Shown piece after piece: positions 39,464 through 48,912 of a stretch of DNA of 64,000 nt. The stretch spans positions 124,001-188,000 of the IMG/VR virus record IMGVR_UViG_3300042386_001233. One strand, given 5' to 3'. The translations under genes were made by a program, and so were the position numbers. Numbering within the stretch: the stretch's first letter is position 1; every line of letters starts with the position of its first letter. A model generated the notes under the pieces. That model worked only from the letters and a program-made list of their open reading frames with translations, did not search any database and had not been told where the DNA came from.

Positions 39464-40824
39464 CAGTTATATTATATAGAAAAGCTTTTGCCTTATCTAT
39501 AGAATGAAACTCTCCAAGAAAAACAGTTCCCGGTAGACCATCACTATCAACTGGTACTGATCCATATATTTGATAAAAGGGGTCATCATAAGCATCCTTT
39601 TCTTTTTCTAAAAATTCCGCAGATGTTCTGATTTCATCTATATAAGTACCTCCCTCATAATCACTATATTCTCTTACAGTAACCAGTAAAAAATATTCTA
39701 TGGGAGATTTGGGATTATTATTCTTAATCCTACCATTACAAAGAGTATTACCCATCATTTTTCCTATAAAGAGGAATTACAGTATTTTGATCAACATAAG
39801 GGTTGTTTTGAGTTCTTAAATCAAACAAATCACCACGACCATTAATTCTGGCCCAAGCAACAGGCTTATCAAGAGAATCTTTTAAAGACTGCATCTGCTG
39901 AGACACTTCCAAGTATTCGTTTGTCTGTTCAACAGCAAATTCATTAGCTCTATAGACTTCTTCAGCCCATTCTTTATTTTTCTCTTTTAGTTTTTTCAAT
40001 TCATCTTTGGCATTTTGCACAAAGAAAAGATCAGCCCCAGAAGCCCAAGCAAAATCAATAATACTCTCAAGAGGATTAGCGTGTTTTTCCATATAAGTTG
40101 CTAGTTCTATAAATGTCCTTCTTATTCCATCTTCCCAATTTTCATATTCTTCGATCATTCTTTAGCTGTTCTATTTCTCTTTCCAATTTAGCTACTCTTT
40201 CGTATATATCATGGTTAGCTAAACGAGGCAGGTCTTTTGCTGGTGTTTTGCCATCTCCAATTCTTGTATCCCACAACTCAGCAATGCTATCATACTGGTA
40301 TAAGAAGAGTTCGCCAAGTCTTGGAATAACATCACAACCATTCTTGGCTTTTGGTAGACTAAAAGATCCGTTCATTCTAAGACAGTAATTTCTGCTCCCT
40401 TAAATTCAGGCTTATAGAAGCCTGTCAAACTGTCCTTCTGATAAGTATCTTCAACGATGAATCTAATATCATACTTATTCTCCATTATGGAAACTTCTGA
40501 ACTAGTAGAAATCTTTTTGTTCTCAACAATATATTGAATAATTGCTATCTTAATTTCTTCTTTAGTTAGATTGTATAGATTATATGTCATAAATTAAAAG
40601 TCATCTCCCATTCGATATTCATCAAACTTTTCTTGACATTCTTCATTAGCATCATAATATCCAACATCATAACCTTGTTCATGGCCCATAGCATACGCTG
40701 CCATCAACCATTTGATTATATCGTCAGTCTTTCCTTTTGCAACACAATTTCTTATGTCGCTTATAGCTCTTTCGTGTCTGACGCTATATCCTTCAACTTC
40801 ATTTATCCAGTGGTCGAATGTCAT
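39435..40824 (-). CDS. cluster of five small hypothetical proteins
   Basis: ORFs 39435-39758, 39748-40158, 40142-40375, 40372-40590 and 40594-40824 overlap or abut. Confidence 0.5.
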
Positions 40825-40853
40825 AAGAGTAAACTCATTTAAAAAGGATTAAG

Positions 40854-41128
40854 TAGGAGCGGTGAGAATCGAACTCACACTGGATGGATTTTCTTGCCAC
40901 TATAGTTTTCACTACCATTTCTGTTTGTGGTCTGGACTTTATCTTAACCATAACTTTCGTTTTAGGTTCCTGCCGTCAAGTCTCTACACCTTCATAATAT
41001 TTCTATTAAGCTTGGCTCGGTATTAGCAGTTAAGCCTCCACCGAATTTGACAGGTTCTACATCAAAGATTTCTCTTTAAGCACTCAAATTGTATAAGTCC
41101 ATTGTCTCTGCCGTTGGACTACGCTCCC
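40854..41128 (-). tRNA. trnL: tRNA-Leu(UAA) interrupted by a group I intron
   Basis: Exon1 GGGAGCGUAGUCCAACGGCAGAGACAAUGGACUU (41128-41095) + exon2 AAAAUCCAUCCAGUGUGAGUUCGAUUCUCACCGCUCCUA (40892-40854); spliced loop CUUAAAA. Confidence 0.9.
40893..41094 (-). mobile_element. self-splicing group I intron (tRNA-Leu UAA type), 202 nt, no ORF
   Basis: Inserted after U34; IGS GAGU pairs with ACUU; P AAAUUCGGUG, Q AAUACCGAGCCAA, R GUGUAGAGACUUGACGG, S AAGAUAAAGUCC; terminal G. Confidence 0.9.
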
Positions 41129-41133
41129 GTATA

Positions 41134-41215
41134 CTTCCAAGCTACATATCATAACGATTGGTTAGATGTTTGTCTATGTGTCTCTACCAATATTTATGAG
41201 GGATGTAGTTGGAAG
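41134..41215. other. long interrupted inverted repeat / hairpin just upstream of tRNA-Leu
   Basis: CTTCCAA/TTGGAAG, CTACAT/ATGTAG, TCATAA/TTATGA, ATTGGT/ACCAAT nested pairs. Confidence 0.65.
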
Positions 41216-41235
41216 CATTTGGTTTACACTAAGAC

Positions 41236-41520
41236 TCAGCCGTTAGAATGAGCAGCCTTTAGACGGCGAACAGTCTCAGCCATAGCCTCGACATTATCCA
41301 CAGTCTTTGTGGGCTTTGCTCGCTCCATCGCTGGCAGTTCAATGCCCTTCTTAGCCAGAGCGGCCTTTGTACGAGCATAACGAGCCATCGTACTAGCAAC
41401 CTTCTGACCAGTCTTACTGGCAATCTCAGCATAGGTCTTGCTGGAAAAAACTGCCTCAAGGAACTGGTCATCACTGCAACGAACACGACTCTGCTTCTCA
41501 GTAGTAGTAACTTCAGCCAT
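41236..41520 (-). CDS. small basic HTH-like DNA-binding protein
   Basis: SKTYAEIASKTGQKVASTMAR; GGAGG SD; own promoter. Confidence 0.6.
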   Translation of the reverse strand: MAEVTTTEKQSRVRCSDDQFLEAVFSSKTYAEIASKTGQKVASTMARYARTKAALAKKGIELPAMERAKPTKTVDNVEAMAETVRRLKAAHSNG

Positions 41521-41577
41521 AATCAACCTCCAAATTCTTAACCAATCTACAACCAAGGCTCAGTCAAGCGACTGATC

Positions 41578-42198
41578 TTACCTTGCGTTGTTCCTTCGAT
41601 TGTACAACATAGTATCGTCACTGTCAATGGGCGACCTTGAAATTTTTTTCGTTCTCGCCAGAAATTGCTGTTGAACGTCTTTAAAGCTCCAAGGAGTACC
41701 AAACTCCACCCCATCTCTTTTATTATCGACCCCTACATCAAGAGTGAGCGTTCCAGAAGCAACGTCCTCACGATGCAGTCTGCCATGAACATGACCATAA
41801 AGCATCCAACTTTTCCTATAGCTACCAGACCAACTTCTCATAGGATAATGACACATAAATATCTTTTGATTAACATACAGAATCATTTTCTGATCAGACA
41901 CACTAGAAAATCCACTAGTAAACTTAGTTGGTTCATCATGATTACCAAGAATAATGTGAACATTCTCACAAACTATTCTTTCTCTATATGAGAGAGCAGT
42001 TCCACCCTTATGACAGAAATCTCCTATAATATAAAGAATATCGTTTTGTCCAACTGTTTCGTTTATAGAAGAAATAATTTTAGCGTCCATCTCTCCACCA
42101 GTAGAAAATGGACGATTACAATATCCTATAATATTCCTATGTCCCAGGTGAAGATCAGCAGTAAAAAATACTTTCTGACCATCAACTATCTTATCCAT
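41578..42198 (-). CDS. calcineurin-like metallophosphoesterase
   Basis: TADLHLGH, GDF, GNHD, CHYP, YGHVH, DVGVD. Confidence 0.9.
   Translation of the reverse strand: MDKIVDGQKVFFTADLHLGHRNIIGYCNRPFSTGGEMDAKIISSINETVGQNDILYIIGDFCHKGGTALSYRERIVCENVHIILGNHDEPTKFTSGFSSVSDQKMILYVNQKIFMCHYPMRSWSGSYRKSWMLYGHVHGRLHREDVASGTLTLDVGVDNKRDGVEFGTPWSFKDVQQQFLARTKKISRSPIDSDDTMLYNRRNNAR
41599..41641 (-). promoter_or_regulatory. interlocked sigma70 + sigma28-like promoter
   Basis: TTGACA-N17-TACAAT with TTCAAG-N16-GACGATAC. Confidence 0.75.
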
Positions 42199-42202
42199 TA
42201 AA

Positions 42203-42388
42203 TTAATCCTCTGTTGGAAGAACCAGAGCCATTAGTAAATATGCCCAGAAAAGAATACTTCCGGTGAAAATCGCACCAGCAACAAATCCCAGCCTAACTA
42301 CAGAAACATCTAACCCTAGACTTTCTGCTAGTCCTCCACAAACACCAAAGAAAACTCTATTCTTATTACTCTTGTGAAATTGGTTCAT
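42203..42388 (-). CDS. PspC-domain membrane protein
   Basis: RVFFGVCGGLAESLGLDVSVVRL...YLLMALVLP. Confidence 0.85.
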   Translation of the reverse strand: MNQFHKSNKNRVFFGVCGGLAESLGLDVSVVRLGFVAGAIFTGSILFWAYLLMALVLPTED

Positions 42389-42484
42389 AAGTAGATCCTT
42401 TAATAATTTGTTGAATCTGATATTCTGAATAGCCAGACATTAACATTGCTTGATGATAACCGATAACGGGAATGAGTTCTGAAA

Positions 42485-43558
42485 TCATGATGTTTCCTTT
42501 GGTGAGTATAGAGTAACCTTAATTATTATATACCCATCCCGCCCACTGTCAATATTCTGTATTGATGATATTCTTCCTTTACCCAAGAATGAATCACCAA
42601 CTAACAAGAATGGCCCGCCGTCTAAGTTAGCAGAAGTTATTATTGAGATATCTGATTGACATCCAAATTTCGCCCAATCGCTTTCTCCCTCAACCAAATA
42701 TTCATATTCCCCAATTTGTGTTATTATTCTTTTGTTTTTGTTCTTAGACTGTAAGCACTGGCTCATTAAAAGCCTCACTATCGAGTATATAACCTTGATT
42801 ATTTTCTGACGTTAGGTTAGCAAGAACGTCTTTTAGTCTTTGATTTTCTTTCTCAAGGGTATTCATTATTTTTTCAGCTTGATTTAAAGCTTTCTGAAGA
42901 GATTTAACTCTATTAGCTAATTGATCGTTCATATATTCTGTTGCTGTTCTGACAACCATGATTAGCCTCCTTGATATGAGTTTGACAACCTTATATTATA
43001 CACCTTACAGGTTAAGTCCATTTAAGAATTTTTGTAAATCTTTGAGTTGTTTTTTGTCTAACACCATCTGATCAGCATAGGGCTTTTTATATGCTAAAAC
43101 TTGAAAACAGTACCTTAGTCTCTGCCATAATGACATCTTATTACTATAGTTTGTATAATGCTCAAATATAGCCAAATCTGCCAACTCAATTTCATGGTCA
43201 TATTCTATTACCAATATCTCACTCTTACAAGAACACGGAATGAATAGTGTCTTATTTTCTTTTAGATTGGTTACGCTTCCCATGTTTCTTCTTTCTAAAA
43301 ATTCTTTCGTAGTTTTTGTCCCAAGTATCTTGAGAAACTAGACTGACTCTTCTTTTAGACCCTTTACCATTTTGGCTCATCATTTTCTCCTACATACAAA
43401 AATTCGTTCTCTTTTACAATATATAGTGTTGATGAATCCCCATAAATTTCATACAAATAAGAACCATCTCCTTGAGGCATGTCTTTATTCAGATAACCAT
43501 ACTCTATTATCTCATTATCTCTCATAATAGCAACTCTAGGAAATCTCATTGGACTCAT
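42485..43558 (-). CDS. cluster of small hypothetical proteins
   Basis: ORFs 42485-42778, 42744-42959, 43005-43283 and 43364-43558, plus a short MSQNGKGSKRR ORF starting at about 43382. Confidence 0.5.
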
Positions 43559-44253
43559 GATTCTAGTACATAACTCCAGTAGCGACTATCTTCTTTCTTT
43601 TGAAGATCATCCCAATAGATCGACCTTGCTACATAGGATGGGACTTTCAATTTACCACAGTTAACCATCCAATGCCGCTCCATCTTCTTATAGATTTGTG
43701 AACCAATCTTGCTCTTATTATACTTCAGAGCCTCAACATCGTAAAGCCTCAGTTGATGAATATCTCCGCAGAGTACCCTAGCCTCATTAGGATGAATCAT
43801 CTCAAGAGCAAAGCTAATCTTAGCCAGACCAATTCCGCTAATCTTATTGAGGATACTATCACGTTTCTTAACATGATACTTCTTTGTGGTCAGATAAAAA
43901 TCTTTAGGATTAGCCCAAAACTTGGTGCTAAAATCCCAGATATAAGCGGTGCGATTATTGTGCAACCCAACACCACTCTTGTGGAGTTTTGTCAAAAGAA
44001 TTTCTTTACTATCTACCCATTCGCTAAAATTCTTGATAGCATTGTATCCCTTGACATTACCCTGCCAAGTGGTATGCACTGAACAATAGGCAAAGAGATA
44101 GCGACGGAAAATATCTTCGTCAGTCTTGGGGCGAACACTCTCCCAATAGTCTTTATAGGCAACTACCTTATCCTTCGGAAAATTCTTGAAAAACTCATCG
44201 GCCTTGCTGGTACTCATAACAATCGGCTTTTTCTCAACAACAATCTCTGTCAT
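43555..44253 (-). CDS. HhH DNA glycosylase-like protein (8-oxoguanine glycosylase type)
   Basis: HhH motif ISGIGLAKISF followed by LCGDIHQLR (DxH). Confidence 0.6.
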   Translation of the reverse strand: MTEIVVEKKPIVMSTSKADEFFKNFPKDKVVAYKDYWESVRPKTDEDIFRRYLFAYCSVHTTWQGNVKGYNAIKNFSEWVDSKEILLTKLHKSGVGLHNNRTAYIWDFSTKFWANPKDFYLTTKKYHVKKRDSILNKISGIGLAKISFALEMIHPNEARVLCGDIHQLRLYDVEALKYNKSKIGSQIYKKMERHWMVNCGKLKVPSYVARSIYWDDLQKKEDSRYWSYVLES

Positions 44254-44290
44254 AATGTCCTCAAAGGTTGGTTCCAAAGTGTATGCTCAC

Positions 44291-44334
44291 ATTCTACACT
44301 AGTCCTATCGTCTTGTCAAGCCCCGTTTCTTGAA
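44291..44334 (-). promoter_or_regulatory. interlocked sigma70 + sigma28-like promoter
   Basis: TTGACA-N17-TAGAAT with TTCAAG-N16-GACGATAG. Confidence 0.75.
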
Positions 44335-44745
44335 TCAATCCAATTTCGTAACGCCAGACTTATCTAAAATCTCATCTAATTTATAGTAGTATTCCCATGT
44401 TTTCCATTTCACTCTAACACTGCCAATATCTTTAATTTCTTTTCCGTTTTTGTCTTTGATCTTATAAACAGCCCAATAATGCTCTTCTCCTTTTACAAAC
44501 TCATGAATAATTTCAAAATCTTTTGGACAGTCTAGGCTTGCCCATAATCTTAATCGTCCATTAGATTTAACCCATTCTTCTATCCTTTCATCATACTTTA
44601 TTGGAAAAAATATATTTCGTACTGATCTTTCTACAAGAACATATTTGTAGCCAAACCATTCTGAATTACAAATAAAACCTATAGAAAATCCTACGAATAG
44701 AATAAACCACGGATATATCAGAGAGCGAAGAACAACTTTGATCAT
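44335..44745 (-). CDS. hypothetical membrane-anchored protein
   Basis: N-terminal hydrophobic helix. Confidence 0.55.
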   Translation of the reverse strand: MIKVVLRSLIYPWFILFVGFSIGFICNSEWFGYKYVLVERSVRNIFFPIKYDERIEEWVKSNGRLRLWASLDCPKDFEIIHEFVKGEEHYWAVYKIKDKNGKEIKDIGSVRVKWKTWEYYYKLDEILDKSGVTKLD

Positions 44746-44797
44746 TTAATGTCTCCAGTAAGGCGAGATAATTAAATACACCATTACTGGAAATTGG

Positions 44798-45778
44798 TCA
44801 ATCGGTTTTATCCTTTACTTCCTTCACATATTTCATCAATGGATTTTCTTGTTTAGGTATAATGGTTTTATGATTAGTAGTCCATGCTGGCAGTTTACCA
44901 GATAGCTTAGTTTTCTTTTTAGCTTTTTGTTTTTGGTATTGTTCTTCTAGTCTTATTCTTTTTTGTTGAAAAGTTTCTTTCGGTTTATTTTTTTGGAAAT
45001 GTGGCCTTATGCAACTTTTAAGTTTTTCACTAGCATTAGGATGATTCAATAGAAGATTTATAAAATATGGAAAAGCTTGACGTAGTTGTTTTTTAATTTC
45101 ATCTTCACTAAGATTATTATAGTATTTTACTTTAGAATTAATCCATGATTGATCTTTGTTTTTAAAATAATTGCTAATATCTTTATTGTCAACAGCTTTA
45201 GGCTTTTTTTTCTTTTTATGTTGCTTTATATAGTTATCAATTTCATTTTTTATAACATCTAAAGACGATTCTTCTTTTTTCGATGTTGTATTTATTACTT
45301 CTGGTTTATTAGCATTAGTAGAGATAGGTTTCTTTTTGTTTTTATTCTTATGTTTCTTTCTCTTGATATGGTTATGCTCAAATAGTCTTTCTGAATTATA
45401 TTGAATATCACTATTAAATGCTTGAGCCCAAATTTGCCATTCATCTAAAGTATTTTTGCTATTTTGACAAAATAATTTATTTAACAAGCTTTTCTTTTTA
45501 CCAATATGCTTGTCTTGCTCAACAAAATTATGGCATGGTTCACACAATGTAATTAATTCATGCTGATCTCCCTGACCCAGCATGATAATTTTTGTGTAAT
45601 CAATATGATGAACTGTTTTAGAAGGAGTGCCACATACTTGACAACATTTACCATCTCTTTCTAAGACTAATTGCCTAATATTCCACCATAGTCTAGATTT
45701 TATATAGGCATCATAACTTCTAAAACCTAGCTCTTTCCATGCTGGTGGCATAATTCTATATGTCTCTTTCTTCTCCAT
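44798..45778 (-). CDS. HNH endonuclease with long Lys-rich C-terminus
   Basis: VLERDGKCCQVCG...VHHIDY...LITLCEPCH. Confidence 0.8.
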   Translation of the reverse strand: MEKKETYRIMPPAWKELGFRSYDAYIKSRLWWNIRQLVLERDGKCCQVCGTPSKTVHHIDYTKIIMLGQGDQHELITLCEPCHNFVEQDKHIGKKKSLLNKLFCQNSKNTLDEWQIWAQAFNSDIQYNSERLFEHNHIKRKKHKNKNKKKPISTNANKPEVINTTSKKEESSLDVIKNEIDNYIKQHKKKKKPKAVDNKDISNYFKNKDQSWINSKVKYYNNLSEDEIKKQLRQAFPYFINLLLNHPNASEKLKSCIRPHFQKNKPKETFQQKRIRLEEQYQKQKAKKKTKLSGKLPAWTTNHKTIIPKQENPLMKYVKEVKDKTD

Positions 45779-46376
45779 GAAGAATCTTATTACTTTTCTT
45801 GATGTTGTCTATTGCCCACAATGGTTGTAAATTTGTATAGTGAAAACATTTTTTTTGTTCTGACTCTTTGGACATATCAAATGATGAACATGGTAATATA
45901 TGATCTATATGCCATTTTCCATAATTGTCCCAACTCATTCCAATTGTGAATTTAGTTTCTAGATGAATTTTTAACTCACTTATTGTGCATCCTAAATAAT
46001 CTAAGGTCGTTGTCGTTTTTTTATTATTCTTGATGGCTGTTCTTAATCTAGTCCTTAAATTATAGGCTATTTTAAAAGACACGTCCTGTTTTCTTCTTGC
46101 TTTCTCTCTTTTTGCTCTTTGTTGATATATCTTTTTTTTATGCTTGTCAAAATATTCTTGTACCTTGTCCTTATTTTCTTCTCTATATTTTTTAGCATAT
46201 TCTAGCTTAGAGTCTTTATTTTGAATGTAATTATTAGTAACCCTATCTAATACATTGGCTTTATTCTTTTTGTACCATTCTTGCTGACATTTTTTATTGC
46301 AATTTTTGCACCATGTTCCTTTTTTCCATTCATTATGTTCTACTTTACAAGAAGAGCAGATTTTATTCTTTTTCAT
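45756..46376 (-). CDS. HNH-like homing endonuclease
   Basis: CSSC...CKNC, LGCTI.EL..HLE, MSWDNYGKWHIDHILP...CFHYTNLQPLWA.DN..K. Confidence 0.8.
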   Translation of the reverse strand: MKKNKICSSCKVEHNEWKKGTWCKNCNKKCQQEWYKKNKANVLDRVTNNYIQNKDSKLEYAKKYREENKDKVQEYFDKHKKKIYQQRAKREKARRKQDVSFKIAYNLRTRLRTAIKNNKKTTTTLDYLGCTISELKIHLETKFTIGMSWDNYGKWHIDHILPCSSFDMSKESEQKKCFHYTNLQPLWAIDNIKKSNKILHGEERDI

Positions 46377-46440
46377 TTGGTTTTCTCCTACTCATAGTTA
46401 CACCAAATGTCCCAAATTGTTCCCAGTTTTTTGAAGAAGA

Positions 46441-47742
46441 TTAGGTATCTCTAGAATCTCCATATAGGTATTTAAATGTAGGAAACCTCAAAGAGATACC
46501 GCCTTTTTCGTTCTCTGTCTCCTCAAAATATTGTACCAAAATAATCTTGCCAAGAATCTTCTTAGGGTTCTTATAAAACTCTTGTCTTTGTTCGATACTA
46601 AAACCAGACCCAACTCGTACAGTATGTCCCTTATGCTGAATCATAACACAACTCAACATAGTTTCCTCACATTCTGCACCATCCTTAACATAACGGAATG
46701 GCCCCATTTCAGTATCTAGAACCTCATATTCATCATCAAAGAATGACTTATATTTGAGTAGGTCTTTGGATCGCTTTCCTTTATATGGAGCATCTGATCG
46801 AAGCATAAGCCCCTCCCAGCCATTCTCAGTAGATTCTTTGACAAATTCTTGGAAATGGTTTTCATCCTTAATCAAGGATTGCTCCAGAAGTGTCAAGCAT
46901 GGACATTCGTTCTTCTTCATAATCTCTGTAAGATTCTTGAGCCTGATACTAAATGGTCGATTTTTCTCTCCCTTCTGGCTATAAAACTCATCATGAGTAA
47001 TCATATCAAAAATTTTATAGGAAGGATTGGGAATAGTATGATCCTTCTTGCGAAGTTCCTTCATTACTCCTTGAAAATCCTCGTTACCCTCTTCATCAAC
47101 CAGACAAAGCTCTCCATCAAGAACTACATTAGTAAGTCCCAAAGCTTTAATCCCACCGCTAACAATATCAAGAGTATCAAAGATTTTTCCCGTGCGGGAA
47201 TAAAAGGTAGTATTGCCATTACTATCAACAATAGCAATACATCTAGCACCGTCGATCTTCCTGCTAACATACCATCCATCCTTCCAGTCTACGATTTTAG
47301 GAACATACTTGTCCGCTAGAGCAACACTAAATGTTGGGATATGATCTGGAATAGCCTTATTAATCAGCTTATCTCCAGCACGGGTTTTCAAATCCTTGTC
47401 AATGATGCAATGAACGAGTTCTTCGTATTCTCTTTGGTTGTCAATAAAGCTATTAACTGCTCCAATAGCATCATGACCTGTGATTTCTCTATTCTTCAAA
47501 GCATCCAACAGATCAAATATAGACTTGTATACTTTACCACGCAGATGACTTTTCTTTTTAAGATTATCACTAGTTACATTGTACTGCCAAAGAGGATGAT
47601 AAGTATAGAGCAGAATCTTTTTAAGAAAATTTGCTCCACTCTCATTAGAGGAAGTATAATCCTCAATAATGCCAACTTTATCAAGTGTGCTGCTAGTTGA
47701 CTTCAAATCACGAACAAAACCATTAAGATGCTCAAACGACAT
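46441..47742 (-). CDS. lig: ATP-dependent DNA ligase
   Basis: SRKIDGAR (KxDG), LDGEL, IFD, EGLMLR, YKGKRS.DLLK.K, VGSGFS, LRFPTF; start moved to MSFEHL, downstream of the promoter. Confidence 0.93.
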   Translation of the reverse strand: MSFEHLNGFVRDLKSTSSTLDKVGIIEDYTSSNESGANFLKKILLYTYHPLWQYNVTSDNLKKKSHLRGKVYKSIFDLLDALKNREITGHDAIGAVNSFIDNQREYEELVHCIIDKDLKTRAGDKLINKAIPDHIPTFSVALADKYVPKIVDWKDGWYVSRKIDGARCIAIVDSNGNTTFYSRTGKIFDTLDIVSGGIKALGLTNVVLDGELCLVDEEGNEDFQGVMKELRKKDHTIPNPSYKIFDMITHDEFYSQKGEKNRPFSIRLKNLTEIMKKNECPCLTLLEQSLIKDENHFQEFVKESTENGWEGLMLRSDAPYKGKRSKDLLKYKSFFDDEYEVLDTEMGPFRYVKDGAECEETMLSCVMIQHKGHTVRVGSGFSIEQRQEFYKNPKKILGKIILVQYFEETENEKGGISLRFPTFKYLYGDSRDT

Positions 47743-47767
47743 TTTTATTTTCTCCTGTGTTGTCCCA

Positions 47768-47796
47768 ATTCTACCATACGGTAGTCCCTTTGTCAA
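47768..47796 (-). promoter_or_regulatory. sigma70 promoter (ligase)
   Basis: TTGACA-N17-TAGAAT. Confidence 0.75.
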
Positions 47797-48008
47797 GTAT
47801 CATCTAATCGGTTTCGTTTCTTAAATACTATCGCCATAGACTGAACCAAATCGCTGCCAGAAGTTTGAAACCAACATGGAAAAAACGCATGAATTATCAA
47901 ACAAAATCCAGCCAATAAAGATAAGCATCCAAAAAATACAGCAAACCTAAAATGTTGCCAGTATGTCATATTGTTTTCTGCTAGGTGTTCTTTAATCTTA
48001 TTTTTCAT
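47793..48008 (-). CDS. small membrane protein (DUF6356-like)
   Basis: HL..NNMTYWQHFRFA...IHAFFP..F.T.GS. Confidence 0.6.
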   Translation of the reverse strand: MKNKIKEHLAENNMTYWQHFRFAVFFGCLSLLAGFCLIIHAFFPCWFQTSGSDLVQSMAIVFKKRNRLDDT

Positions 48009-48345
48009 ATCGTTTTTGTCTTGAAAGAAAATAATTCATAGCGTTAACGATGCTCTGAAAATCATCACCCAGTTTGCCTATGCCAGTATTGCAAGGTTCA
48101 CAGAGCCAGCCCCTAAAACTATTATCATCATGATCATGATCTAAGGCCCATTTGTAGGGAACCTTTTTACAGCACTCACATACTTCTGGTTTTGGTGGCG
48201 CTTTTTTATGTAGCTTAACTCTAATCTTAGAATGTTTTTTAACACACTTGCGACATCTGCTATCAAGATTATCTTTGTACATAGTGTGTTTGGGAAAACT
48301 TGCTAAGTTTTTACGTTTTCCACAGTAAGTACAAATTTTTCTCAT
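47998..48345 (-). CDS. endonuclease VII-like homing endonuclease
   Basis: CECC...LDHDH...FRGWLCEPCNTGIGKLGD. Confidence 0.85.
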   Translation of the reverse strand: MRKICTYCGKRKNLASFPKHTMYKDNLDSRCRKCVKKHSKIRVKLHKKAPPKPEVCECCKKVPYKWALDHDHDDNSFRGWLCEPCNTGIGKLGDDFQSIVNAMNYFLSRQKRYEK

Positions 48346-48354
48346 AATATTAAG

Positions 48355-48707
48355 TGGACGATTGGGGAATCGAACCCCGTCCAGTATAAACGTCTATATA
48401 AACTTCTACATTGTTAGTTACTTGTTATCACACAAATAACAAAGCTATCAGAATTATCTGAGTCAGATTGAGTACAATCATCATTCCTATTTATGTCTGG
48501 TAGGACTACCATATCCGAATATCGGAGTCAGCATGATTTGGTAATAAGGCTCATGCCGCCCCACTCATTACCTAATTAATTAGGCAGCGAGAGCGAGAGT
48601 TGAAACTTCGCCAATTAACATTTTTAATCGACTTTTATACTGGCCGGTCGATCAACCAGTCAATGCAATTTATATTTCTTTTTACCTGTCGATACCAGGA
48701 ATCGCCC
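48355..48707 (-). ncRNA. ssrA: tmRNA; tag peptide (A)GEVSTLALAA* at 48612-48580
   Basis: 5' GGGCGAUUCCUGGUAUCGAC and 3' GGACGGGGUUCGAUUCCCCAAUCGUCCA; G3.U70, A73; PK1-like region; UUAAUU before resume codon GGC; tag ends LAA-UAA. Confidence 0.93.
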
Positions 48708-48891
48708 GTTCTTTAGTATACCCCCAAAACTTTGGTTTGATATGAATTTCTGGAGTTCTTTCTATAATAATCCTTGCTGGCTTGTTTGACAACTTTTTTA
48801 GTCTTTGAATATCTGAATAAAGTAGGAAGTTAAATCCTAGTGAAGTTAGGAATAATCCTGCAAAAATAGCCGTTAATGGTTGAAGTCTCAT
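48682..48891 (-). CDS. small membrane-anchored protein whose 3' end overlaps the tmRNA 5' end
   Basis: Hydrophobic N-terminus; last codons lie in the tmRNA acceptor/D region. Confidence 0.5.
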   Translation of the reverse strand: MRLQPLTAIFAGLFLTSLGFNFLLYSDIQRLKKLSNKPARIIIERTPEIHIKPKFWGYTKERAIPGIDR

Positions 48892-48912
48892 CAGAATCCT
48901 TCCTGTTTAAAG

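Noticed and set aside
41134-41215. SRP (4.5S) or 6S RNA
   Set aside because: No SRP domain IV GNRA/AGCAG motif; too short for 6S and lacks its central bubble
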